Positions 36,742-49,532 of a stretch of DNA of 64,000 nucleotides are shown here, in pieces. This DNA is from Eledone cirrhosa. Its lineage: Eukaryota. Positions within the stretch are counted from its first letter, which is position 1; the number at the start of each line of letters is the position of its first letter. The stretch spans positions 197,470,001-197,534,000 of the forward strand of contig OZ024740.1 in the NCBI GenBank assembly GCA_964016885.1, in the 5' to 3' direction. Below the pieces are notes generated by a model, which did not search any database, was not told where the DNA came from, and saw only the letters and a program-made list of their open reading frames with translations. A program made the translations under genes and the position numbers.

Positions 36742-39700
36742 AGACGTGTGTAACTTCGCGGAGAAGTTTCCGTTATTTTATGTAAGAAAAAAACGTGAGT
36801 TTTCAGTTAAATTTTATATTATTGTGTAACTTGACCCCCTGTCTGGATCTTCAAGTGGTGGGTCAACTCATTTTCGCTCCTACAGGGGCGAAATATTCGT
36901 TTGAAAAATTTTTTCTCCATCGAATTTTTGAAAAAATATAGTAAGAAGTTTGAGTACGTTATGAACGCTGCGTTCAACGATAATGGTGGTGGAGAGTCGG
37001 TAAGACTACAAAGCTCGCAGTCAACAACGTCTTCTTCACTAGATACTATAGAGATGGAAAGACGAAATGAAAATGAAAAAACAAATTCATATCCAAACAA
37101 CACAAATGACACCAAACAGTTCAATGACAACAAAAATAACAACAACACCAATAATGATGATAAAACCAACAATGACAACAACAACAAAGAAAAAAATAAA
37201 GACAACACCAATAACACCAGCATCAAAGACAACAACAACACCAACACCAACACAAAGGAAAATACGAATAATATCAACATCAGTGACAACAAGAATAACA
37301 ACAACAATAACAACAATAATGACAACACCACCAACACGGGTAATTCCACAAAGAAACCAAAAATCTCCTTTGCACAGACAGTTCAAAAGAAGGAGGAACT
37401 GACATATCTCGACATAACAAATGCCGAACAACTTTGTAAGGACGCTAGGAGATATGTCACTTTCGAAAAAAATGGTGCTTTCAGCATCAATTCTCCGGTA
37501 GAAATTCGCAAACGATAGTTTTTAGGACAGTTTCCAATTCTACCCGAAAACCAGTCCAATTGTCACAGAAAGAAATTGAACTGGTTTTCAAAAATTCAAT
37601 GAAGGATATTGCATTCATTTAAAGAAGCAAACATTTTGAGAGTATTTTGGTACTCATGAAGGATCAATTGACGGCCCAAAATTACTCTGTGTCGCCAATT
37701 GTATCCAACCTGTATACCTTTTTCCCTACATACATGGGAAAAAGGACTCAAAATATTAAAATCACGAGTGTCACACCAAAGGTGAACATATGGTGGATAC
37801 TGTGCGGCTTCATCAATTTTGATGAAGACAGAATACTGTCAGTAGGAAAGTCCCCCAGAGATGTATTCAATGGGACTAGCATTGAAGTTCTGGTGCAAAT
37901 GATCCCACAACGTGTACTCCTGGACGGACTCACCTACATAAACTTTTCGGTTGAGGGTAGGCGGCCTTCATGTTACCATTGCTTTAGCAGGGGTCACCTG
38001 AGGGCTTCCTGTCCTAAATTAATGAGTAAAAAAAAAGGCTCTTCTGCCGACACCCATCAAAACAACACAACCACCAACACCACCACAACAACAACAACAC
38101 CAACACACAAAAATAACCACAACAAACACAGTCCCACCCAACCCCACTCCAACTAAAACCACTGCAAAATCACATACAGACACAACAGCTCCCCAAGACA
38201 TACCCCTCCCCAAACACATAGACGATACAACAGATGAGGCTATCTCGCCATCACCCAGTGAAGACGAGGGAGAACCCCATCGCTCGAAAAGAAAGAAAAG
38301 ACATCACAAAAGCAAAAAACCAGCAAACACTACCACAAACATACAACCACCAACACAAACAACAAAAACATCACAAACAAAACCCCCACCTCCTGAAAAC
38401 AAAATACCTACAACAAAACGAAAGCACACACAAGAACTACAGACAAAAACAAACACAACACAAGAAAATTACACTTACACTTACATAAACACTGAAAACA
38501 AAACACTAATGGAAACCATCACGAACGACCCTTCGGTGAAAACTGAAGGGAAATCTTTCGCCCACTCTATTAAAAATAACAAAAAACTGAACCTAAAACT
38601 GATTAGGGTCTCTATACAAACTTATAGGTCCCTAAAAGAAACATTTGAGAAGGATGTGGGGAATTCCTGCGTGAAACCACTTAACCGCGTCCTTCTCAAA
38701 TGTCTCCCCACCCCAGACACCCCCATCTCACCAGACCCCGCCCCACCAAACATCTCCGTCCCCACCCCTGCCGGAAACCACCACCCAGCCAGACAACCCC
38801 TCCAACACCCCCATGGAAATCGTGCGGCCTGGTCCCCAAGAGACGAAGGGTGAGTGATCTCTTTTCCTCTTTTAACTTTTCAGCACCAACATGGCCAATA
38901 TAAGAGTTGGATGTGTGAACGTACGCGGCCTGGGGATGCCCTGGAGTTAGGGCAAACTCTTAAACGACCTCAGGTCGCACAGTATGGATGTGGTAGCCAT
39001 TTGCGAGTCCAGGATCCACAGCGAGCGACAGCTGGCCCCCATCTTCGATGACTTTGAGATCTACGCATCTCTATGTCAACCGGGAGGTGGGGGAGGAGTT
39101 GCCGTTTTGCTGCGGAAATACCTGGGCCTCGTAACACAGACGGTACATCTGGATCCGGAGGGTCGACTGGTGGTCCTAGACGTTGACGGTAGTGAAGGTG
39201 GAGCCTTCAGGCTGGTGGCTGCATATGCCACATCCGGGACACCGCGGCCAGACTTCTTCAAACGTCTACAGACTTTTCTGGGAACGTCCCGCTCCTTGCT
39301 TTTAGTGGGGGACTGGAATGGAATCCTAGATGCACGTTGGGACTATGTGGGAGCATGTCCCGATAAAGGGGGGTGTAACAGCCTCAAACAGTTAATCGAC
39401 CGATTTGACCTGGCCGATAGATATCGACTAGATTTTCCGACTGTGCCACTGTGGACGTGGACTAATCTTAGCGGAGCATCTAGATCGTACCTAGATAGGG
39501 TTCTAGTTAGAAATAAGCATAGGGACATGTTAAGCTGTCCACAAATGTTCATGGTTGCCTATTCAGATCACAAACTAGTGACCTGCATGGCCAACCTTGA
39601 TAGAACCCATAGACAAGGACCCGGCTACTGGAAGCTGAACTTGTCGTTACCGACAAGCAAAGCCTACAGTAGACGGATTAGCACTTTAGTTAAACAGCAC

Positions 39701-42542
39701 TTGACAGGGGCCATTGTCAACAACAGATGGTGGTACTCTCTCAAGGGGGGAGTTAGATTAGACTCGTTAGTTTTTAGTAAAGAATTAGCGTTAGATAGAA
39801 ATAGAACCGAAAAGGAACTGGTAGATAAAGTAGAAGAGGCAATTAGAAGTGGCAACGTAGCCAGCGTGCTAGCAACGAGAACGGCCTTGGACCAGTTCTT
39901 CGACGCAAAGCACGCGGGCTGCGTTGTCAGAAGCAAAATACGTGCTCTGGGAAACGAGGGAGCCAAAGCTGTTAGCTGGGCCCGAGTGACGGAGGCAAAA
40001 AGTGGCAACAAGTCCACGATTCGGTCTTTGAAGGACCAAAACGGACGCGTGATACGTGAGCCGAAGCAGATGTGTGCGGCCTTTCAGCAGCACTTTGCTC
40101 AACTGTTTGGGCGGGGCGCCGCGCCGAGAGGGGCTATGGATTTCGGTCCATACCTCGACGGCCTACCGCGACTCTCGGACAGCGAGGCAAAGTTCTGCGA
40201 AAAGTCGATTTCAGCCACTGAGATAGGGGACGCGCTGAGCCAATGCGGCAAACGCAAATCTCCAGGTCTCGACGGTCTACCCTACGAATTTTACGTAGCA
40301 ATGCCGGACTTATTGTCCGGTCTCCTGGAAGAGGTCTACTGAAACTGGCAACATAACGGGAGAATTCCAAGTTATTTGACCAGGGGTGTAGTCACACTAG
40401 TCTGGAATGACGAGAATAAGGGGGATGACATAGGCAACTTCCGGCCTATAACTCTGCTAAACACAGAGTTACAGATTTTGGCCAATGTGTTGGCAAAGAG
40501 GCTGTCGCTTGTCGTCGGGAACCTGGTGGGAGAAGCGCAGACATGCGCAATCCCGACCAGGTCCATACACGATAACCTCCACCTCATGCGATACATCATA
40601 GAGAGGGTAGGGTGTAAACCCGACTTCAGTGGGGCCCTGATCAACTTGGATCAGTCTAAGGCTTTCGATAGGGTTGACCATCGTTACCTGGATGCAGTGC
40701 TCGAGGCGGCAGGCTTCGGACCCGTGTTCAGGGGCTGGATTGCTGCAATGCACAACAGCAACATCTGCTCAAGGGTCAAGGTGAACGGCTACTTCTCAGA
40801 GCCGTTCCATATTACGCGATCCATTCGACAGGGATGCTCTCTCTCCTCCCTTCTGTACGTACTGACTCTCGAACCACTACTGCGGAAGTTGGAGCTATTG
40901 CAGGGCATCCCTCTGGAACCGGGACTGCGGAAAGCGTGACAGTAATGGTGTCGCCCGCCTCGCAAATCGAGGAAGTCGGCACCTTACTGAAGGTATACGA
41001 AAGTTTCACAGGAGCGAAGCTGAACCGGGACAAGTCCATCAGTTTGCAACTCTGATCGTGGAGAGGCAAACCGATGCCTTCCGATGGCGTCGTCAGACGC
41101 TGGACGGAAGGACCGGTAAAGCTGCTCGGGGTCTGGTTTGGTCCGGACCTCCAGGTGTAGAAGAACTGGAACGAAGTGACAGCCAAGGTGTTTGCACTCA
41201 CCCAGAAGTGGGCTGAGTGCAAATTATCCTTGAAAGGTCGAGCGGAGGTGGCGAACACTTTTATAGCGTCCGCCATCTACTACCGCTTGACCGGCGTGCC
41301 TTGTCCAGCCAAAACGCTCACCAAAATGGAGCGCGCGCTCTTCCAATTCCTTTGGAAGAGGCGGGCTCCTTTGGTGAGAAGATCCATCTGCTGCCAACAC
41401 CCTTCTAACGGAGGGCTGGGTATGCCGTGGCTGACGATGCGCAAACACGCGCTCAGGCTGCGGCATCTCTACGTATTCCTCACCGGACAACCGGTGTGGG
41501 CCCCGTTCGTGAGGCGAGCCTTCCCACGACTCGTCTCGCTGACCGAGCTGCAGTCCTGGGTCAAGCAAAGACTGAGGAAAATGGGCGACTGGCACATCGA
41601 ATGTGCTCAGGCGCTCACAGCCCTCTGGCAGGCGGGTCCGGCGATCAGTGGAGACTCCACTTCGTCATTCTATAGAGGGTTGATCCGCAGCAAGTGCGAC
41701 GACGCGCTCGGTGAAACTCTAGGCGTAGAGGAAGATGAACTGGCCAGTCTGTTCGGTAGGACCTTCCGCCCGGGACCGATGGACAACTTCCAAAAGTCCC
41801 TGGCCTGGCAGTGCTACCAAGGATTTCTACCAGTTCGAGACAAGCTCTACAGACATGGGCGCCCGGGCAGGGACCCTGCAATAAAGATCTGTCCGAGGTG
41901 CGTGCGAGACGAAAAAACCGTCGCGCAAGCATTCATACACTGCCCAGGCGTCACTGACCTGTGGGGCTATGTAGAACGACTATTGTCGCGGGTGGGACCA
42001 ATCCGGTTGACCACCGAGTCCATTGTCATGATCAAACCGCCACCCTCCTTCAAAAACGAAGGAGAGGCGTTTTTCCTTTGTGTGATAGCTATGGCGAAAG
42101 ATGTTGCATGGTGGACAAGGTTGAAAGGACTGAGGTCAGACACCTTTCTCTCCGGCCAACAACTGATTCTTTTTTTCAAATACCGCTTTGGTAGAAGAAT
42201 CAGGATGGAGAGAGAGGTGCTGTACCCCAGCAAGTATTATGAAAGGTGGGTGAAAGTGGCGAGAATGGCCCGAGTGAATGGGCCTTCTATCTATATCAGC
42301 CTGTAGGTTGAGGAAAAAGAGGAAGAGAGGAAAGGAGTACAAACTCTTCGTACTCCTGGAGATGAGGGTTGCACATTTTTTCGGGGGTATGTGTTTCCCA
42401 TATGAAATGTCTCCCTCTATTGGGGAAAATCGACTAATTTTTAAATTCCATTTGTGATAATATTTTACATGTTTTTATTGTATGTAAACTTCCCCCTTTG
42501 TATTTGTCCCCTTCTTTTGTGCCCCTGTGGCTAATAAAGAAA
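36742..42542 (+). mobile_element. Tx1-clade LINE copy 2 (ORF1 36961-38903, ORF2 38891-42306, both disrupted)
   Basis: Collinear and highly similar to 185-5595, with the same CCHC, APE, RT and Zn-finger motifs. Confidence 0.93.
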
Positions 42543-42555
42543 GATCTCTCTCTCT

Positions 42556-42645
<90 letters not shown>

Positions 42646-42870
42646 ATATATATATATATATATATATCCTGTTTAATTTGGCTTCTACAGGACTAAAACT
42701 GTTTCATTCAAATACATCTTCAGGAAAGCCTGATGATTTCTTTTGAATGAAACAGTTTTAGCCTTGTTAGACTGTAGAAGCCATTTCTATATTAAACATG
42801 ATATATATTTACAATCTACTAATGTATTGAATACCTTACTTATTCTGGTTGCCCCCGATTGAACCTGGGA

Positions 42871-42943
<73 letters not shown>

Positions 42944-45209
42944 GTGTGTGTGTGTGTACGTATATGATAATGTATAGACAAGTAAGACGAAAAGATTTAA
43001 GTAATTTTATTAATTTTACATATGTTTCAACCAGAAAGAAATGCAATAAGGAAATGGTGACTGGCTCACCGAAGCTCTATAAATGAGTATATACAGATAT
43101 GTCTATATATTAGAACCTTTATCATATCTTGAGACCCCAAAAGTGATGGTTGCTTTCATCTTCTTAAATGATCACTAGTCCACGGGGCGTAGCCCAACCC
43201 CGCCGCACCTTAGGTCTAGAACCTATCACCCCCCCTCTTTCCCTTCACATTCTTTTGTGACCCTAGAGCCCTTGCCCTTCCCTTCATTTTCCGTTGTTAA
43301 ATATCTGTAGTGTTCTTGTTATTTGAAATAGATATATTTACGATTTTTTTTGCTTTTTATTAATAAAACTTACTTAGCCTATTTAGATTATTAATATCGA
43401 TTATTTAGATTATTAATATCGATTTTTAATTCAGGTACAAGACCAGCAAATTTAGCGAAAGGTCAATGTTGATTAAAGCAACCCAGTACTTGATTGGTAC
43501 TGTATTCTATACATCCCGGCAATGAAATGTAAATTTGACCTCTGCGAGATTTGAACTCAGAATGTAAAGAGCTAGAACAAATACCGCAAAACCCATTATC
43601 CGATGCTCTCACGATTCTGCCTATGAACCGTCCTAATTTGATTTATAAATATTTAATATTTTTTAATCCTAAAAAATATTTCTATATTGTTAAATTTTCA
43701 TTCACTTTTAATTCTTTATCCTTAAGTATACACATCTAATTTATACCTATTAACATATGTAATTTTTCTAAAACTTTAGTAATATAAAAAGTTATAATTT
43801 CTCTCATAAATAAACTATAACTTTAGTTAAACATTAATTCCTCTAAACATTTTTTATCTACAGTGAATTAAGGATTTTTGCAATGACTGCTGACATCCAA
43901 AGTATTGTTTACAAATATTATTCTTAAGATTCAGTTAAACCTTTTCATCTGTGTCCTCGCTTATATACTCATTGAAGTATATATTTTATCACATCCCTGT
44001 CCTTATATAGCATCTAATGTCTTTATTTATTTAATATATTGTAAGTCATTAATTTAATATTCTACGCATGTTTGTCATTGCAATATATTATATATAACAC
44101 TATGCATTTTCCTTCTCTCTTTCTTTTCTAAATCTCACAAATATAACGACCATGCCGGCATCTGCTTTATAACAGTCTTGTTAAATAAGTTGTTTGCAAG
44201 TTATGGAATCGTTGTAATATTTGGATGTGTTCCTTTAAATTTCCTGTTCCTATATTTGTGTATATTGTTATAAAGACTGAAGATACAGGAATGAATGAAA
44301 TTAAAGGTTAAATGTAAATTCATTGGACCAATGCACAGATTCCAATATATATGCTCGTATATATAAATGAATAATAGAGCTTGAGCATGTCTTTCACCTT
44401 TTCTTTTTTCATATATTTCCTGTTGAAAGATGTGTATGACTAATAAAATGTCTTAACTTTCTTCACCTTGCTTATCTTTCTCTCACTCACCCACTCTCTC
44501 TATTCCCCCCCCCTCAATCTCTCTACCCCCCCCCCACACACATATAATGTATTAAGGACGTGTTAGTGGTCTGTTACTCTGGAGATTCTCATATGTTTAA
44601 CTGAAGAGAATAGCACACAGGAAGAAACTCTAGAGTAACAGGTCACTTATTCTAGTAATGTCATCTATAAAACTAAGAAGGCGGCGAATTGGCAGAGTCG
44701 TTAGAATGTCGGATAGAATGCTTTATGGTATTTGTTCCGACTCTCTGCTATCTCAGTTCAAATCAGAGTAAGGTTAACTTTGCCTTTCATCATTTCGAGG
44801 TCGTTAAAAGAAGTACCAGTCTAGTACTGGAGTCGATTCTTCCTCTATATCTCTTTCTCGTTTCCTCTCTCCACTTTCTATCTTTCTCTGGAAGAAATCT
44901 GCTGCACTCAGGCCTGGAGAGGGATGGGCTCCGCTAGGCTTAAACATGCCCAAGAAACGCTGTATGTCAATACACCACCCCTATGGCTCTATCAAGAGTT
45001 ACGGGACCATGCATACATCCTTTGTTTGTCAATACTAACGGATGTGTGTTGGAAATCTGGCGGTTCTAACGATATGTGTTTGGTAGAAGAAATGGACATG
45101 TAAGTGACAGAGCATTCCACAGGCACATGTACTCATAACATAATTCTTTAAATCTTTCCTCGGCATCCCTCCAAACTTTGCTAAAATTTATTGCCGCATG
45201 AATGATCAA

Positions 45210-45625
45210 TCAAACAATAGGTATCACTGCTTGCATGGATTCCCTCAACTCTCTCACCATCCAATTCTATTGTTCATCCTATTCGACAAGTGAGAGGGAT
45301 TGCAGTGTATGTCGTCACAAATCTGTTCGATATGGGTCTTAGCTTGTCGTCCTGAGAGAACTCTTCCTTGTGTAGGCTCCTACAAAAGAACTTCACTAAA
45401 AATTTCGTCTTTAGCTCTCCAGCGAATCTGACTCTACGAATCTGACTCTACGCTCTTTGACGATGTCTGATACTGGACGAAGGTTACCATACAATCGCTC
45501 ATTGGTCAGACGATCGCTTTAAGTGACATTTAAGGCCATTCTTAGCATGTGAGTGTAGGCTCCATCTAATCTTCTTTCCAGTTTTGAGATAAGGGTCCAT
45601 GCTGAGTAGTCACACAATAGACCAG
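45210..45625 (-). mobile_element. RTE/RTE-X-like LINE 3' fragment
   Basis: Minus translation WTL....RRLDGAYTHMLRMALNV...TNERLYG. Confidence 0.7.
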
Positions 45626-46907
45626 AAGTAACAAATGATACGGACACCAAACTCATCATACATACAATAAAGTGTTAATGTTATTATGTTACATTATTTT
45701 TTCCGGGCAGATATCTGTGATATGTTGGTCATTTATATCTTCGATATCGATAAGAAAAAACAGAACTGTATATATATGTCTAGAGACAACAAGTTAAACC
45801 CATCGCAAGCCTTGACGTAGCCAAAGTCTGCCGGCCTTGACCGTGGTGATTCTAAGCTCCCAGAGGTGATAACGCTCTCCCCATTCAAGAGAGGTAACTC
45901 TCTAAATAGGGACACCACGTGCTTTGACACGTTATCTGCCTCCAGCCTTGTCGCTTCGATCAACAAACCCTGGAATAGTCGCCCGTAACGTGGAGAAAAC
46001 GAAAATAGCCAAATATCGGGACTTGATCGACCGCCTCCTTTTTGTGTCAGTCCCCGAACTGCCGTTTTCCACCGCAAAATGGGAGGTGTGCATTTCGCCC
46101 GAGTAAGGAGCTTATGAGGGTTAGTGTCTGATGCAGCGAGTGTCCCATTTTGTTCGCGAGGCGTAGTAGAGATAAACCACATAGGCTGGGCTTTAGAGTC
46201 TCCCGCTCTCTCCCTCTTTCCCTTACTTTCACCATCTATTTTTTCTTTTTCTCTTTTATGGCAAACGTTAAATAATCCAATTGAAATTTGTTGAATATAA
46301 CATTTATCCCTCCCCACTACACAAATGCCAACGAAATGTCAACACAAAAGTGGACAAAAACGACAAGGTGCAATTTATTTGATGTTTTAAACTATTATTT
46401 AGAGTTATCTGCATTGTGGCAGCTTTCCCCAAAATCAAACATTTTAAAATCATATTGTTTTAATTTTTGAAATTCTTTTTAAAGAAATTTTTTGGAAGCA
46501 CAGCATTTTATTTGAATCGTTTGTCTCTGAAAGCAACAACAACAACAACAAGTTAAATCTGATACCGAAAAAAAAAAAAAAAGAAAATTAATTATATAAC
46601 CATTGTCAGAAATATTTCGTTTGCTAACAGAAAATAATATTTCAATTTTATCAATAAAAACTGGAAAAAAATACGTAAAGTTGTAAGAAATATCATTTTA
46701 CTTGCGAAGTTATAGGAAGCATGATGTTAGATGTAATGTGAACTGAAATTTAACACATTATTAAAATAATTGAAAAAAACAACAACACACCGAAAACTTA
46801 AGAAAATGCACAAAAAGATAATATAAATGTATAATATATAAACAATATAGATATATAGATAATATAAATATATATTCAGTGGTTATAAAATATAAATGTA
46901 CAGTATA

Positions 46908-46992
<85 letters not shown>

Positions 46993-47186
46993 TCAAAATG
47001 TAAGCGATAAAAACCTGTTAGACCATTACTCACCAGAGTACTCGATACTTGGGGTAGTAAAGTGTGGTAATATGAAAGAGTCGGATCCCGTGGTGAGCTA
47101 TTGCCGTTTCAACGGCTAGTTCCAAACTCCAAACAGTTTGGAACTAGCTGTTGAAACGGCAAGAGCTCAGCCGTCGGGGTCCCGAC

Positions 47187-47260
<74 letters not shown>

Positions 47261-47406
47261 TTATATATATAATAAATGTAATCTGAGTTTTTCGAATATT
47301 AATAATAATATTCCATTCGTTTGTAATTATGCAAACAAGCCTCATTTTTAAAGCCATGTCAGTAGAATGAGCCCCTCATTCTTGCTCTTGTGTTGGCATG
47401 TAAACA

Positions 47407-47456
47407 GAACTGCAGACACTATTGTTTCTGGGTATCACCCTTCATCAGTACAGCTC
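47407..47456 (-). ncRNA. Type I hammerhead (family A), intact
   Basis: Same fold as 7202-7251, with loop III AUAG. Confidence 0.85.
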
Positions 47457-47780
47457 ACTGTTCACCTGCCAACTGTCACAGCTATATATGCTATTTTCTA
47501 AAATATACAGTGACTGCATATTAGTAGATCTACTGATCAGCCAGATTTGCATATCAGCAGACTGGCCAGTCAGTTTCCTGTATACGAGCGATCAATAGCC
47601 GGCTTTGTCACATTCAAATAAAAAAAAACCTTTCGCTTTACATGGCTGAATACAATAAATGTAATCTAAGTTTTTCGAATATTAATAATAATATTCGATT
47701 CGTTTGCAATTATGCAAACAAGCCTCATTTTTAAAGCCATGTCAGTAGAATGAGCCCCTCATTCCTTTTTAATTAACAGT

Positions 47781-47830
47781 GAACTGTACTGATGAAGGGT
47801 GATACCCAGAAACATTAGTGTCTGCAGTTC
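47781..47830 (+). ncRNA. Type I hammerhead (family A), intact
   Basis: GAACUGUA-CUGAUGA-AGGGUGAUACCCA-GAAACAUUAGUGUC^UGCAGUUC. Confidence 0.87.
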
Positions 47831-47865
47831 TGTTTACATGCCAATATAAGAGCAAGAATATAAAA

Positions 47866-48163
47866 AACCGGATGGTTGTTTATATATTTTCAAAGCTGTT
47901 TCGTCACATATTCTGTGATCTCCTCAGTGACTGGGTTTTTATGTTGTGTCTCTCCTTTGTTCTGTCCTACACCATCTTGTTTTTGTGTGTTGTGTGTTGT
48001 GTGAGGAGGTCACATAATATGTGTCGAAAGACCTTTGACAATATATAAACAACCATCTGGTTATCGATCCAACCAGCCAACTGGAAATTTATATAAATTG
48101 AAGTGAAAACCAACAGGTGAGTGTGTTTTTCTTGGCAGTATGACCCTCCCAAAGTATAACAAT
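47866..48163. mobile_element. Family E inverted pair, with HHR motifs at 47889-47931 (minus) and 48001-48040 (plus, clipped)
   Basis: Homology to 32967-33220 in both orientations. Core is CUGAGGA. Confidence 0.7.
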
Positions 48164-48181
48164 ATATATATATACATACAT

Positions 48182-48240
<59 letters not shown>

Positions 48241-48574
48241 CAGGATGGATTCAGTTTGAAACTGGCTAGACCATTACTCAACAAAGTACTCAATACTTGG
48301 AGTAGTAGAGTATGATTATATTAAAATATTTCAGAAATTCAGCTAGTAACAATTGTATACACTCATATATAGACCCAGAAATATATGTACGTGTATAAAT
48401 ATAACTCAAAACATACAGATCCACACATGCAATGGCATTCATACCCCCCCCCCCCACACACAAACAAACACATACGTATTTACCTAGTTGATGTTATCTA
48501 AATTCCAACGACAGATTGCGGTCTTTATGTTAGAAACCGGCTCTCTTTCTGTTAGTAAAAATTCATAAAATAAT

Positions 48575-49118
48575 TGTTTCTACTTTTGGCACAAGGCCAG
48601 CAGTTATCTCAGAGTATTACTGGTACTCTATTTTATCGACTCCGTAAGGATGAAAGGCAAAGTTAACCTCGGCAGGATTTGAACTCAGATCATAAAGGGC
48701 CGTAACTCTTTGCTTCCAAGCATGGTGTCTGACCCTCTACCGATACTGCCAAAAAATAATAAAACCAGAAGAGCATATATACATATATACATGCATACAT
48801 ATACACATACACACATATACACATACATACTTATACATATACACACACATACACGCACACATACATGCATACATACATAGAGACCTATATGCACGTTGAA
48901 AAATATTACTGTGCATGTATTTTAGAAATAATTGTTTCTACTTTTGGCACAAGGCCAGCAATTACCCCAGTGTATTACTGGTATTTTATTTTATCGACCC
49001 CGTAAGGATGAAAGGCAAAGTTAACCTCAGCGGTATTTGAACTCAGTCCGTAAAGGGACGTAACTGTGCTGCAAAGCATAGCGTCCGACCCTCTACCGAT
49101 ACTGCCAATACACCGCCC
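48575..49118 (-). mobile_element. Two Deu/Nin-type SINEs (48575-48752 and 48933-49118)
   Basis: Match to 6915-7087. The first has TSD AAAATAAT and sits inside an R4-like 3' UTR fragment (~48470-48773, plus). Confidence 0.85.
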
Positions 49119-49465
49119 TTGTATTGAGAAATAATACTTACATACATAATCACAAACACAATCACATACAGTCAAATGAACAACACATAAACATATACAC
49201 AACTTTTTAAAAATGGAAATACTATTAAATATTACATAAGCATCTGTATATTCAGATAGAACAATTTGTAATTCCTCGTGACATGAAGACATTTACAGGA
49301 TTGCTACATCTGCTTAAAGTAACCAAAAAAAAAAGAAAAGAAAAAAAATACATCAAATATATTTTAATATTCTTCTCTTGTTTTTAACCAAAAGTTACCC
49401 TCTTTTATGGCTTTTATATTTCCTTTCATTATTTTATATTTTTCTACATTATATATTACTACATA

Positions 49466-49498
<33 letters not shown>

Positions 49499-49532
49499 TG
49501 TATGTATGTATGTATGTATGTATGTATGTATG

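Larger units (their letters stand above)
47271..47859. mobile_element. Family A copy 2: ~1.3 tandem units (period 383, minus) plus an inverted HHR piece
   Basis: Direct repeat at 47271-47381 and 47654-47764. Inverted segment 47776-47859. Confidence 0.88.

Noticed and set aside
46119-46178. CUGAUGC-GCGA..UCGC-GAGGC possible decayed hammerhead, downstream of an NSLNRD peptide
   Set aside because: Three core substitutions. Plausible PLE relic but not supportable without homologues.
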